A DNA stretch of 64,000 nucleotides from an uncultured delta proteobacterium (GTDB lineage: Bacteria; Desulfobacterota; Binatia; UBA9968). The first letter of the stretch is position 1, and each line of letters begins with the position of its first letter. The DNA lies in contig CAWDPO010000043.1 of assembly GCA_963804165.1 (NCBI GenBank), positions 160,001 through 224,000 on the forward strand. Reading direction: 5' to 3'. A program made the translations under genes and the position numbers. This document shows positions 52,837-64,000 of the stretch, piece after piece. The notes beneath the pieces were generated by a model, which saw only the letters and a list, made by a program, of their open reading frames with translations, ran no database searches and was not told where the DNA came from.

Positions 52837-53550
52837 ATGTCCAGGAGTCTGATCCTCGCCTGGCTCGTCCACCTTTATACCGCCCTCGGCGTCATCGTCG
52901 GTTTCTTTAGCATCCTCGCCATTGAACAAGCGTCCTTCCGCGCTGCCTTTTTGTTGATGGCCTTCACGGTTGTGATCGACGCCACGGACGGCACATTGGC
53001 ACGCGCCGTCCACGTGAAGGAAGTGATCCCCTGGTTCGATGGCAACCTGCTCGACGCGATCGTCGACTATTTGAACTATGTCATTGCACCATGTTTTTTG
53101 CTGATCCACGCCCGTCTCTTGCCACCTGAAGACTCATTGTGGCTCGTTTCACTGCCGTTGCTCGCGAGTGCCTACGGCTTCTGCCAAAAAGACGCTAAAA
53201 CCAGCGACAATTTTTTTCTCGGCTTCCCGTCCTATTGGAATATCGTCGTCTTCTATTTCTATGTCTTGAAAACGCCCGTGTGGGTCAATGCCTTTGTAGT
53301 CATCGCGCTGTCAGTCTTAATTTTCGTTCCGATCAAGTTCATTTATCCAAGCAGGAGCCCGCGGTTTCGCGTACAGACAAATGTTTTAGGCGCGCTGTGG
53401 GGCGGCGCCGTCTTATATATGATCTACCGGCTGCCGCAGAGTGATCGGGTACTTGCGTTTGCCTCCTTGCTCTTTCCAGCTTACTATACGGCGCTATCGC
53501 TTTGGCTGGAGTATCGTCGCCTGACGAATCAAACATCGCTGCGAGGTTAA
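52837..53550 (+). CDS. pcs: Phosphatidylcholine synthase (CDP-alcohol phosphatidyltransferase)
   Basis: VHLYTALG, IDATDGTLAR, DGNLLDAIVDYLNYV, KTSDNFFLGFPSYWN, PIKFIYPSR. Confidence 0.82.
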   Translation: MSRSLILAWLVHLYTALGVIVGFFSILAIEQASFRAAFLLMAFTVVIDATDGTLARAVHVKEVIPWFDGNLLDAIVDYLNYVIAPCFLLIHARLLPPEDSLWLVSLPLLASAYGFCQKDAKTSDNFFLGFPSYWNIVVFYFYVLKTPVWVNAFVVIALSVLIFVPIKFIYPSRSPRFRVQTNVLGALWGGAVLYMIYRLPQSDRVLAFASLLFPAYYTALSLWLEYRRLTNQTSLRG

Positions 53551-53552
53551 AC

Positions 53553-54998
53553 ATGCGCAAACGGGTCCGCCCCACTTCCGTCACTCACCTATGCGAGACT
53601 TTAATCGTTTTCTTACTTGTTTTGTTTCCCACGTCGGCGCCCCTCGGTCAGCAGCGCGCGGAATCCGGAGTCCCTAAGTACGTGTTTCTTTTTCTTTCCG
53701 ACGGCGGCGGCATGTCCCATCTGGAGATCGCCCGGCAATACCGCCGGCAAGTTCATAACGAGGGCTTCGTCATCGTCGATAAAATCATCAAACAAGGCAG
53801 CGTCGGAGTGATGACGACCCACGCCGCCGACGCGCTTTCAACCGACTCCGCGGCTGCCGCCACCGCGCTCGCCGGGGGATGCAAGGCCAATGTCGGCGCG
53901 CTGGGAATGTGCGCCGATGGCACGCCCACGATCAGCGCCATGGAAGTCGCCCGCCGCCGCGGCATGCGCCTCGGCCTGGTTACCAACGCGACGATTTACG
54001 ATGCCAGCCCGGCGGCATTCGTTTGCCATGTGCCCAATCGGCGCGACTACGCTGCGATCCTTGATCGCTATCTCGACTTGGCGCCGGATGTTCTCTTGGG
54101 CGGCGGCAAGGACCAGTTCTTACCGAAGGACAAGCCCGGCAGTCGGCGCTCGGACGACACCGACATGGTCGCCGCCTTTGAGAAGAAAGGCTATCGTTCC
54201 GTCGCCACCAAGCCGGATCTCGACGCATTATCGCGAGGAAAAGTTTTGGGGCTATTCAGCCTTAGAGACATGAGCATGGAGATCGACAGGGATAAGAGCA
54301 GCGAGCCATCGGTCTACGACATGACGCGCACGGCAATCCGCGTGTTGCACGACCAAAACCCCAAAGGGTTCTTTGCTTTTATCGAATCGGAGAATATCGA
54401 TAGCGCCGGTCATCTCTCCGACATCGCCTCGGTCATCCACGACTATCGCGAATTCGATCGCGCCGTCGGCCTCGCATATGAATTTTACCGAAAGTATCCG
54501 CGCGAAACTTTGATCATCGTGACTTCTGATCATGATACCGGCGGGGTGGGGTTTACGCTGGCTTTAAAGGATATGACCAGCACCAAGGGTGACAACCAGT
54601 TGGTGGGGACAGGCGAAGATTTTAAAAAGATCCAATCCATTGGCATCTCTTTCCGAAAGGCCTCGGAGCTTTTAGGCCGCAATCCCACCGGTGATGCGGT
54701 CGACAAGCTGATGAATGAATATTTTCGCGGCTTCACGCTTGCGCCGGAGTACAAAGACGCAATCGTCAAACGGCAGCCGATCTCGCGCACGCTGTTTACC
54801 GATCCGACGGCGCAAGCGCTGGGCGCCATGATCGCGAACAATACCCAGATTTATTGGCTGACCTCGGCGCACACCAACCAGCCGGTGCTTGTCGCCGCGC
54901 TCGGCGCCGGCGCGGAACGCTTCAAAGGTTACTACGACAACGCCGACTTCGGTCAGAAGCTCAAGACACTCCTGGAAGGCAAGAATCACCAGCGCTAG
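53553..54998 (+). CDS. Alkaline phosphatase (PhoA family)
   Basis: FLSDGGG, TDSAAAATALA, IDSAGH, VTSDHDTGG, HTNQPV; N-terminal signal. Confidence 0.9.
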   Translation: MRKRVRPTSVTHLCETLIVFLLVLFPTSAPLGQQRAESGVPKYVFLFLSDGGGMSHLEIARQYRRQVHNEGFVIVDKIIKQGSVGVMTTHAADALSTDSAAAATALAGGCKANVGALGMCADGTPTISAMEVARRRGMRLGLVTNATIYDASPAAFVCHVPNRRDYAAILDRYLDLAPDVLLGGGKDQFLPKDKPGSRRSDDTDMVAAFEKKGYRSVATKPDLDALSRGKVLGLFSLRDMSMEIDRDKSSEPSVYDMTRTAIRVLHDQNPKGFFAFIESENIDSAGHLSDIASVIHDYREFDRAVGLAYEFYRKYPRETLIIVTSDHDTGGVGFTLALKDMTSTKGDNQLVGTGEDFKKIQSIGISFRKASELLGRNPTGDAVDKLMNEYFRGFTLAPEYKDAIVKRQPISRTLFTDPTAQALGAMIANNTQIYWLTSAHTNQPVLVAALGAGAERFKGYYDNADFGQKLKTLLEGKNHQR

Positions 54999-55238
54999 AT
55001 TATCGATCGATGTCGCCTTTGGACTCGATCGACCTCGCCGGTGACCTACTCAGCGAGTCGAGTCTTACTCTACATGTGCCGGCCCTGCGCTTAAACGCAT
55101 TATTGACTGCAAAGTAGGTTCTCAATGCTTCCTGGGCGAGAACAGTGAGCCCGGCGAGCCGTCGGCTAACTTGCGCCTTTCCTCTTTCACCTGCAAATCA
55201 TCTGGAGTGAAAACGATAAACTTTCCCGTGTTCCGGAA

Positions 55239-56348
55239 TCAACTCGGGTTTAGGGCAGTCATCAGCTCAACCACGTGGATAGCGGCCGGGCTGACTGATG
55301 CTACAACGTCGTCTCCTTCGCGTAAACATAGGGCCGCGAAACGAGACTCGCTCGCCAGCGCCGTCACATAACCACATTCTGCCTGTATCATAATTCGATA
55401 GCGTGCCGTCGATGGCGAAATTCTCCGTACCTTTCCTCTGATGCAGATATTTTCCTTGGCGCATGTCCGGTCGCCAAAGTCGCGATCAATATCGAGGTTC
55501 TCCGGGCGAATACAGAGGATCACCGGCGCGCCACTCCTAAAATCGCCCGACACGGTTGCGATTCCGCCTTGAAACCGCACCGAGATCTTTTGACCAAGAC
55601 TTGCGTCAACGATTCCAGGGATTCTCGTTTCCATGCCAACCATGATCGCGACTTCTTCGTTCGCAGGATGAGTAAAAATCTCCCGCTGTGGCGCGCATTG
55701 TATTAACTTGCCACGACTCAAAACGCCGATCCGTTTGGCCAGCGCCGCCGCCTCATGAAGTTCGTGAGTCACCATGATGGCGGTGATGCCGGTTTGCGCC
55801 AAAATGTCCCGCAAATCCGCTAGGAGAGTCTCGCGGGTGGGAGCATCAAGCGCGGAGAAAGGCTCATCCAAGAGGAGCACCTCCGGATCCAGGACAAATC
55901 CGCGGGCCAAACTAGTCCGCTGCGCCTCGCCGCCCGAAAGTGTGCGAACTTGGCGTCCGGCTAAATGGGCGATGCCGAGTCGCTCAACCCAAGGCCACAG
56001 TTTTTTGTCGATTTGATCACGACTCAATCCGCGGAGCTTCAAGCCGAGGGCGGCGTTCTCGTAAACCGTCGCATTCAACAGCAGAGGCTCCTGAAACACA
56101 CTCGCCATTCGGCGACGTAGCGCTAGAGAGTTTTGCGACGTCGCCCGTTCGCCGCGAAAGTATACGCTTCCGGAAGTCGGCCATTGGAGCAAGCCCATCA
56201 CTCGCAGGAGAGTGGACTTGCCGGCTCCATTGTCGCCGATGACCGCGACGACTTCACCGGCGTGGACATCGAAAAACGAAAGATCGAGAGCCGTAGCGGC
56301 TCCATATTGAACGCAGATATCCCGTAACTCTAGGAGAGTCTCGGCCAT
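55239..56348 (-). CDS. tupC: Tungstate ABC transporter ATP-binding protein with TOBE domain
   Basis: GDNGAGKS, LSGGEAQR, LLDEPFS; same operon as tupAB. Confidence 0.85.
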   Translation of the reverse strand: MAETLLELRDICVQYGAATALDLSFFDVHAGEVVAVIGDNGAGKSTLLRVMGLLQWPTSGSVYFRGERATSQNSLALRRRMASVFQEPLLLNATVYENAALGLKLRGLSRDQIDKKLWPWVERLGIAHLAGRQVRTLSGGEAQRTSLARGFVLDPEVLLLDEPFSALDAPTRETLLADLRDILAQTGITAIMVTHELHEAAALAKRIGVLSRGKLIQCAPQREIFTHPANEEVAIMVGMETRIPGIVDASLGQKISVRFQGGIATVSGDFRSGAPVILCIRPENLDIDRDFGDRTCAKENICIRGKVRRISPSTARYRIMIQAECGYVTALASESRFAALCLREGDDVVASVSPAAIHVVELMTALNPS

Positions 56349-57043
56349 TTGACTCGGTCGTGCTGCTGGATGAGAGTCAGAAAAAAATTCAGCGCAAAAC
56401 AGAGAATGAGAAGAATCAATCCCAATGCGATGGCGATCTCAAAATTACCCTTGCCGGTTTCCAGCACCGTCGCGGTCGTTAGAACCCGGGTTTGTCCGCG
56501 AATATTGCCGCCGACCATCATCGATGCTCCCACCTCGGAGATGACGCCGCCGAACCCCGCCATGACGGCCGCCAGCAGCGGCAATCGCGCTTCTTTGCAA
56601 AGAAGCCAGAGCACCTGGCGCTTCGAAGCGCCGATGCCGAGCAATTGCAGCGCCAGATTCGGATCGAGGCTTTGAAAGCTCGCCATCGTCAGCCCGACCA
56701 CGATCGGAAATGCGATGACGACCTGGGCGATGATCATTGCGCTCGGAGTGTAAACGAGTTCGAGAAAACCCAACGGTCCGCTGCGCCAAAGCAGGATCGA
56801 GATAAAAAGGCCGACAACAACGGGCGGCAGCCCCATACCGGTGTTGACCAGCGCCACAGCGATCGACCGTCCCGGGAAACGGCTGAGCGCGAGCGCAATG
56901 CCCAAAGGTATTCCGAGCAGAAGAGAAATGAATGTCGCGCTGCCGGAGATTTTAATCGACAGCCAGGTGATGGACCAAACCTCGGTATCACCGCTAAATA
57001 CGAGCTCGATAGCCTTGGCCATCCCTTGCCAGATCAGCTCCAC
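56330..57043 (-). CDS. tupB: Tungstate ABC transporter permease
   Basis: NTGMGLPPVVVGL, GPLG, SEVGASMMVGGNIRGQTRVLTTA. Confidence 0.9.
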   Translation of the reverse strand: MELIWQGMAKAIELVFSGDTEVWSITWLSIKISGSATFISLLLGIPLGIALALSRFPGRSIAVALVNTGMGLPPVVVGLFISILLWRSGPLGFLELVYTPSAMIIAQVVIAFPIVVGLTMASFQSLDPNLALQLLGIGASKRQVLWLLCKEARLPLLAAVMAGFGGVISEVGASMMVGGNIRGQTRVLTTATVLETGKGNFEIAIALGLILLILCFALNFFLTLIQQHDRVKWPRLS

Positions 57044-57045
57044 GG

Positions 57046-57903
57046 TTAAACTCCCAGCTCCTCCTCGCGCTTGCCCGCGACGGGCACGAACAAAGATTGA
57101 CCAAACTTTTCCGCTCCGAAAGTCTTAATCGCCGCCTGCGTTTGCGGCGAGACCATGAAATCTGCCAACGCCTTGCCGCCGGCGGCATTGACTCTCGAGC
57201 CGCTGGCGGGATTGACCTCGAGAACAGAGTAGATATTCAGCAGCGCTTTGTCTCCCTCCACCAGGATCGGCAGTACAACTCGCTTTCCGAGGGCCAGGTA
57301 TGTGCCGCGGTCGGTGATCGTGTAAGCATTCCGCTCGTTGGCGATGCCAAGCGTCGCGCCCATGCCCTGACCGGACTCGATGTACCAATCGCCCTTCGGT
57401 TCGATGCCCGCCTCTTTCCACAACGATTTCTCGAGATTGTGTGTGCCGGAATTGTCGCCGCGGGAGACAAAGCGGGATTTTGACTGCTCAATCAACTTCA
57501 GAGCCGCAAGCGCCGTCTTCGCCGACTTGATTTTCGCGGGATCATCTTTCGGACCGATGATCACAAAATCGTTGTACATGACGAGCCGGCGGTTGAGCAA
57601 CTTTCCTTCGCTGACGTATTGCTTTTCCAGGCTGGGCGCGTGGACTAGGGCCACATCCGCATCCCCCTTTGCCGCCAGCGCAAGCGCCTGGCCCGTTCCC
57701 ACCGAAACGGTCTTGACGATGTAGCCGGTTTGTTTTTCGAAAAGCGGGATCAAAACATCCAATAAACCGGAATCCTGTGTGCTCGTCGTGGTCGATAAAA
57801 TTATATTTCGACTTTTGGGTTCGGCGCCGGAAACGAGCTTCAAAGCGAGAACAAAGGTCAAAGCCGGCGCCAGACCGAAGATCAAAATGTTACGCGTTCG
57901 CAT
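57046..57903 (-). CDS. tupA: Tungstate ABC transporter substrate-binding protein
   Basis: TTTSTQDSGLLD, VGTGQAL, VHAP, MYNDF, SRGDNSGTH. Confidence 0.92.
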   Translation of the reverse strand: MRTRNILIFGLAPALTFVLALKLVSGAEPKSRNIILSTTTSTQDSGLLDVLIPLFEKQTGYIVKTVSVGTGQALALAAKGDADVALVHAPSLEKQYVSEGKLLNRRLVMYNDFVIIGPKDDPAKIKSAKTALAALKLIEQSKSRFVSRGDNSGTHNLEKSLWKEAGIEPKGDWYIESGQGMGATLGIANERNAYTITDRGTYLALGKRVVLPILVEGDKALLNIYSVLEVNPASGSRVNAAGGKALADFMVSPQTQAAIKTFGAEKFGQSLFVPVAGKREEELGV

Positions 57904-57955
57904 GACTCCTCCCTCAATATGGCTTTCATCTGACGATGAGGCGGTGCTTTTTTGC

Positions 57956-57984
57956 AGCCTATTTCCTCCGCAGACAAGCGTCAA
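57956..57984 (-). promoter_or_regulatory. Sigma-70-type promoter for tupABC
   Basis: Minus strand TTGACG-17 nt-TAGGCT. Confidence 0.5.
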
Positions 57985-58519
57985 GTTCCTAACCAACATA
58001 AGTGGCAGTACTCGCCAACGACAATGGCGTGAGTTAGCAAAGCAACTTCAGAATTGATCGCTTATTCATTGCTCCCTCATCTAAACAGGTCAGCGCACGG
58101 CGCGACGTCGTTCGCGGAATTGCTTGAGGGCCCGCTTCGACGTGCGCGCATATTGGGATCGGAAGAGCGTCGGATTCTTCGACCCGCGATGGGTCGCCGC
58201 GTGCCCGGCTGTCTATTACTTTACGGCGGTACTGAGAACCATCAAATAGTTTGACCGACTCGCGCTGGGACCTTACAATCAGATAAATAACGACCGAATA
58301 GCACCGATCTACTCTGTACCGAGACGACCACAAAGCGCCGACGGTTTGTAATCCCTGGGTCTTCACACGCGATTGGACGCTGGCTTCAAGGTAATTGCAT
58401 CCTATGCAGCGCATGACGCGTCGCCAACGAGCGAAAATGAAAATTGCCGTTGCTGCTTTTGCAATAGGCCCGCACCACTATGACCGAACCAAATCTCGGG
58501 ATGTGACGGAGCCCACCTA

Positions 58520-61057
<2,538 letters not shown>

Positions 61058-61103
61058 CGATTCGCAGGATATTGAAAATATTTGTCCGTGTTTCTTAAAT
61101 TTT

Positions 61104-61219
61104 TCATTCCCTATTAAGTTTTTCCGCAGCGACATCCGTGCCCAAATCGCCGGCGATCTTGCGGAATTGTTCAAGGGCGGCTTTGAAATCCTCGTCGAGT
61201 GCTGCGCAAGGACTTCGGC
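61104..61219 (-). pseudogene. Relic of the C-terminus of a type I restriction-modification HsdM
   Basis: Minus strand AEVLAQ-(shift)-LDEDFKAALEQFRKIAGDL resembles the HsdM tail LPxPxVLAQEIVEDLEAALEQFREIA (recalled, not searched). Confidence 0.5.
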
Positions 61220-61254
61220 TCGCAACAATTTTCTGAACCGAGTGTTGTTGCGAC

Positions 61255-61675
61255 TCAATGACCTGAACGACGGTTCTTGCTGTTCCTGTTGCCTAATTCT
61301 GCCCTTGCTTCCTTCTGCGACGCGCACCACGAAATGGGTTCACTCAGCGGCGCCGTCTCGATCGTCGCCCCCTGAGAGACCGCCCTCCGCGCGTCGCTCG
61401 TCGCTTCACCTAATGCGATGGCGAGAGTCGCGGTGCGGCCCACACCGCCCGCGCAGTGAATCAGCACGCTTCTCCTGCCCGCAATCGCTTCGCTACGTCG
61501 CTCGCAAGCGCCCGGAAAGCATCCTGGTCTTTCACTCTCTGTAACGTTTTGAACTAAGCAATAGCGATTGACACTGGAACGATTGGCACGGCCTTCGGTT
61601 CTAAAAGCGTCCCGGCATACTATGGAGTAGCGGTTGCCCAGGAACTCGCGCGGGAGGATCGACGCGACGAAACAA
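61255..61675 (-). pseudogene. Decayed tyrosine/dual-specificity protein phosphatase
   Basis: FRRVDPPARVPGQPLLHSMPGRF* (premature TAG), then DAFRALASDVAKRLRAGE-(shift)-VLIHCAGGVGRT (HCxxGxGR). Confidence 0.65.
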
Positions 61676-61862
61676 CTATTCTCCGTTGCAAGCCACCAAC
61701 CGATGGTCACTCATTAAAAATATGTTTCCGACTGTTATCGCGCGGCGAAATGAAGCTGTGAAGAAACCGCGAAAAAAAGAGGAATTCGAAAGATCGCTAT
61801 GATGGGTACGCCGGATACTTGACAGCCGAGACCGGTGACAATCCACATTTGCCAGTCGCGCT

Positions 61863-62876
61863 TTAGCGTGTGAGGGTTCCGCTGGGATAAAGCTGCTTCA
61901 TGAAGCCTTCGTCGCTGAGCTGTTTCATGAACCGGTCATCGATAAACTCGGCGAGAAACGTCTCGGCGGGACGGCCCGAGACTCCCAACTGATCCAATAT
62001 CGTTTTCGTGCCTTCGACAGTCGGAGACGGCACCGGCTCCATATAGCGAGTGTCGGAGTCGTAGGCGTGTTGCAAAATTACCGGATCCGAGACGCGGGTA
62101 TACTTCTGCAGCGTCGCCTTGGCTTCGTTGGGCCGCCTTCGGATATGCGCGATCGCCTCCATAACGCCGGCGACAAAGCCGCGCATCCGCGCCGGCTGTT
62201 TGGCAATGTAAGGACGCATCGCCGCGGTGCAGTTACCGGCGTAGGGGATATTGAGATCGCCCAATTCCAGCAAAGGTTTGAAACCCGCCTGAGCAGCCTG
62301 CAGATCGTTCGGCGAGGTCGCGAAAATCGCCTGTACTCTGCCGTTGACCAGCGCCGCGAACGCCGCGCTGGTCGAACCGCTGTAGATAATGGAAACATCC
62401 TGGCCGGGTTTCATGCCTTGGCGCGAGAGAAAAAGCTTCGCGGCAAAATCGCTGGCGGACCCTGGGTTGGCCACGGCCAACACTTTGCCGCGCAGATCCG
62501 CCACTTTTTGAATAGCCGGAATCACCATGATCTTCGAGGTGAGCTTGTGGACCACGCAAGAGGTGATGGCCACATCTCCGCCGCTCAAATGCATCTGCAC
62601 CAAAGGCGGACCCGCCGAAAAATAAACTTGTATGTCGCCGCTGAGCAGAGCGGGCCTCCCGGCGGCGCGAGGTAAATAGATCGGCCTGACCTGCAAGCCG
62701 TGTTTCTCGAAGAGCTTGGCGTCGGCACCGACCCAAAGAGGTAGTATCGATGCGGACAGAGTCCCATGCCCGGCGAGAATCGTCGGCCGTTCTTGGGCTT
62801 GGGAAAACGCCGCCGAAAGAATAACGAGGCTCAACAGGACGAGCTGGATTTTCAAGAAGCTGCGGTCAGGTTTCAT
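61863..62876 (-). CDS. ABC transporter substrate-binding protein, SsuA/NMT1-like
   Basis: Signal peptide; PLWVGADAKLFEKHGL, DLRGK, PGSASD, FIDDRF. Confidence 0.85.
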   Translation of the reverse strand: MKPDRSFLKIQLVLLSLVILSAAFSQAQERPTILAGHGTLSASILPLWVGADAKLFEKHGLQVRPIYLPRAAGRPALLSGDIQVYFSAGPPLVQMHLSGGDVAITSCVVHKLTSKIMVIPAIQKVADLRGKVLAVANPGSASDFAAKLFLSRQGMKPGQDVSIIYSGSTSAAFAALVNGRVQAIFATSPNDLQAAQAGFKPLLELGDLNIPYAGNCTAAMRPYIAKQPARMRGFVAGVMEAIAHIRRRPNEAKATLQKYTRVSDPVILQHAYDSDTRYMEPVPSPTVEGTKTILDQLGVSGRPAETFLAEFIDDRFMKQLSDEGFMKQLYPSGTLTR

Positions 62877-62886
62877 TGTCCTATGG

Positions 62887-63846
62887 TCATTTGGTAGAGG
62901 CCAGCGCCTCCTTGAGGATCGACCAATCGGCAAGTTTGTCCAACGGCGTGTTTTCTGGAACGCTTCCCAATGCGGCGACATTTCTTAGACCATCGTCGGA
63001 AGTCAGACCGTTCTCTGACCAAAGCCCTCTATACGCGTCAAAAGCGGTGCGAGCCGCTTCCACGGACGGCAGATTCATATACTGTTTCATCAACGCGGGC
63101 AGATCGGCGGCGCGCGATTTAATGTAGCCGTTGGCTTTCAGAATCGCCAACAGCATCTTTCGAACTTCAGTTCTCTTCTCTCGAATCCGATCGTCGTGTG
63201 TGGCTAATCCGGTCGCAGGCAGCTCGGTGATATCTTTTACAAACACGAGTTGCTTGTACCCTTCCTTTTCCAATCGTAAACCGGAAAAGACATCCAGCAC
63301 CGCGGCATCAACGATTCCTTCCTTCACGGCTAGTATGCGATTCGGGGTCTCCCGTAGGCTCACTACCTTCACCTCCTGCGGATCTATTCCGTATTTCTTC
63401 AGAATCAGCAGGAGAAAGCGATGCTCGGTCGCGCCGGATTGAGTAACGCCGACACTGTGGCCGCGCAATTCTCCGACTGAGCGAATCTGTGAGCGAGAAA
63501 CCAAGACTTGGGGAGAATGGGCCATAAACACCATGACAAGCTTTACCGGCAGTCCCCGTGCCGCTCCCGACAAGACCGAGCCAAGCCCCGTGACGTACGG
63601 TATTTCTTTGGCTGTTAACGCCGGAATCTGCACCCGTGGCACCATATAAACGGGAGCAATATCGAAACCCTGCTCTTTGAACATGCCCTTCTGTTCGGCA
63701 ACATAGAGCGGGAAGAGTGTCGGGCTGTGGATTGCCGAGGTGCCTACGTAAATCTTCGGTCGATCTTGGCTGATTGCGTCAAAGGCGGAACCGAAGAACA
63801 AAGCAGCGGTCGATAAGAAGAAAATGAACAAGTGTTTGAGAGTCAT
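62887..63846 (-). CDS. ABC transporter substrate-binding protein, SsuA/NMT1-like
   Basis: Signal peptide; PLYVAEQKGMFKEQG, ELRG, YGIDP, ADWS. Confidence 0.85.
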   Translation of the reverse strand: MTLKHLFIFFLSTAALFFGSAFDAISQDRPKIYVGTSAIHSPTLFPLYVAEQKGMFKEQGFDIAPVYMVPRVQIPALTAKEIPYVTGLGSVLSGAARGLPVKLVMVFMAHSPQVLVSRSQIRSVGELRGHSVGVTQSGATEHRFLLLILKKYGIDPQEVKVVSLRETPNRILAVKEGIVDAAVLDVFSGLRLEKEGYKQLVFVKDITELPATGLATHDDRIREKRTEVRKMLLAILKANGYIKSRAADLPALMKQYMNLPSVEAARTAFDAYRGLWSENGLTSDDGLRNVAALGSVPENTPLDKLADWSILKEALASTK

Positions 63847-64000
63847 ACTCTGTGCCGTCGTAAAACAAATTGACCCACGGAATCGTCATTTCGCCCAAGC
63901 CGGTTATTTTGCGTGATCTGAAGACCGCATCTCGGCGAGTTTTTGTGACCTGCCCCATTTCTTTAGCGGGCGTCCCTCGGCAAGCGCTTTGATTTCTCGT

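Noticed and set aside
58000-58500. tRNA, ncRNA or small gene in the tupA-kinase intergenic region
   Set aside because: No cloverleaf, T-loop or known RNA motif could be built; the ORFs there lack RBS and protein-like features

Overview
A GC-rich bacterial chromosomal segment made up mostly of housekeeping and metabolic genes. The many orphan SsuA/NMT1-like substrate-binding proteins and the coaBC-DUF4416-udg-nfeD-SPFH-queA-tgt-yajC-secDF-recJ order suggest a Deltaproteobacteria-like lineage such as Candidatus Binatia (inference only). Two blocks (~1.5-14.7 kb and ~24.4-30.4 kb) are full of 1-nt indels that break even core genes. These are almost certainly consensus errors, so those genes were reassembled by hand and their coordinates are approximate. 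I recognised no rRNA, tRNA, CRISPR array, intact transposase or prophage. The strongest hidden signal is a 77-aa glutaredoxin/NrdH-like selenoprotein (49779-50012, minus strand) that is absent from the ORF track. It has an in-frame TGA at the first Cys of a CxxC motif, a SECIS-like hairpin, an RBS and a promoter. Other signals: two unrelated perfect palindromes each fused to the same CGTC-type REP motif; degenerate heptamer inverted arrays at several gene junctions; a divergent DksA/TraR-like Zn-finger protein; a signal-peptide-bearing SLOG-like protein in a small islet with attC-like remnants; a PAS-HisKA-REC protein with no ATPase domain; a stand-alone family-B DNA polymerase; a TctA-TctB fusion; tupABC; and relics of hsdM and a tyrosine phosphatase.
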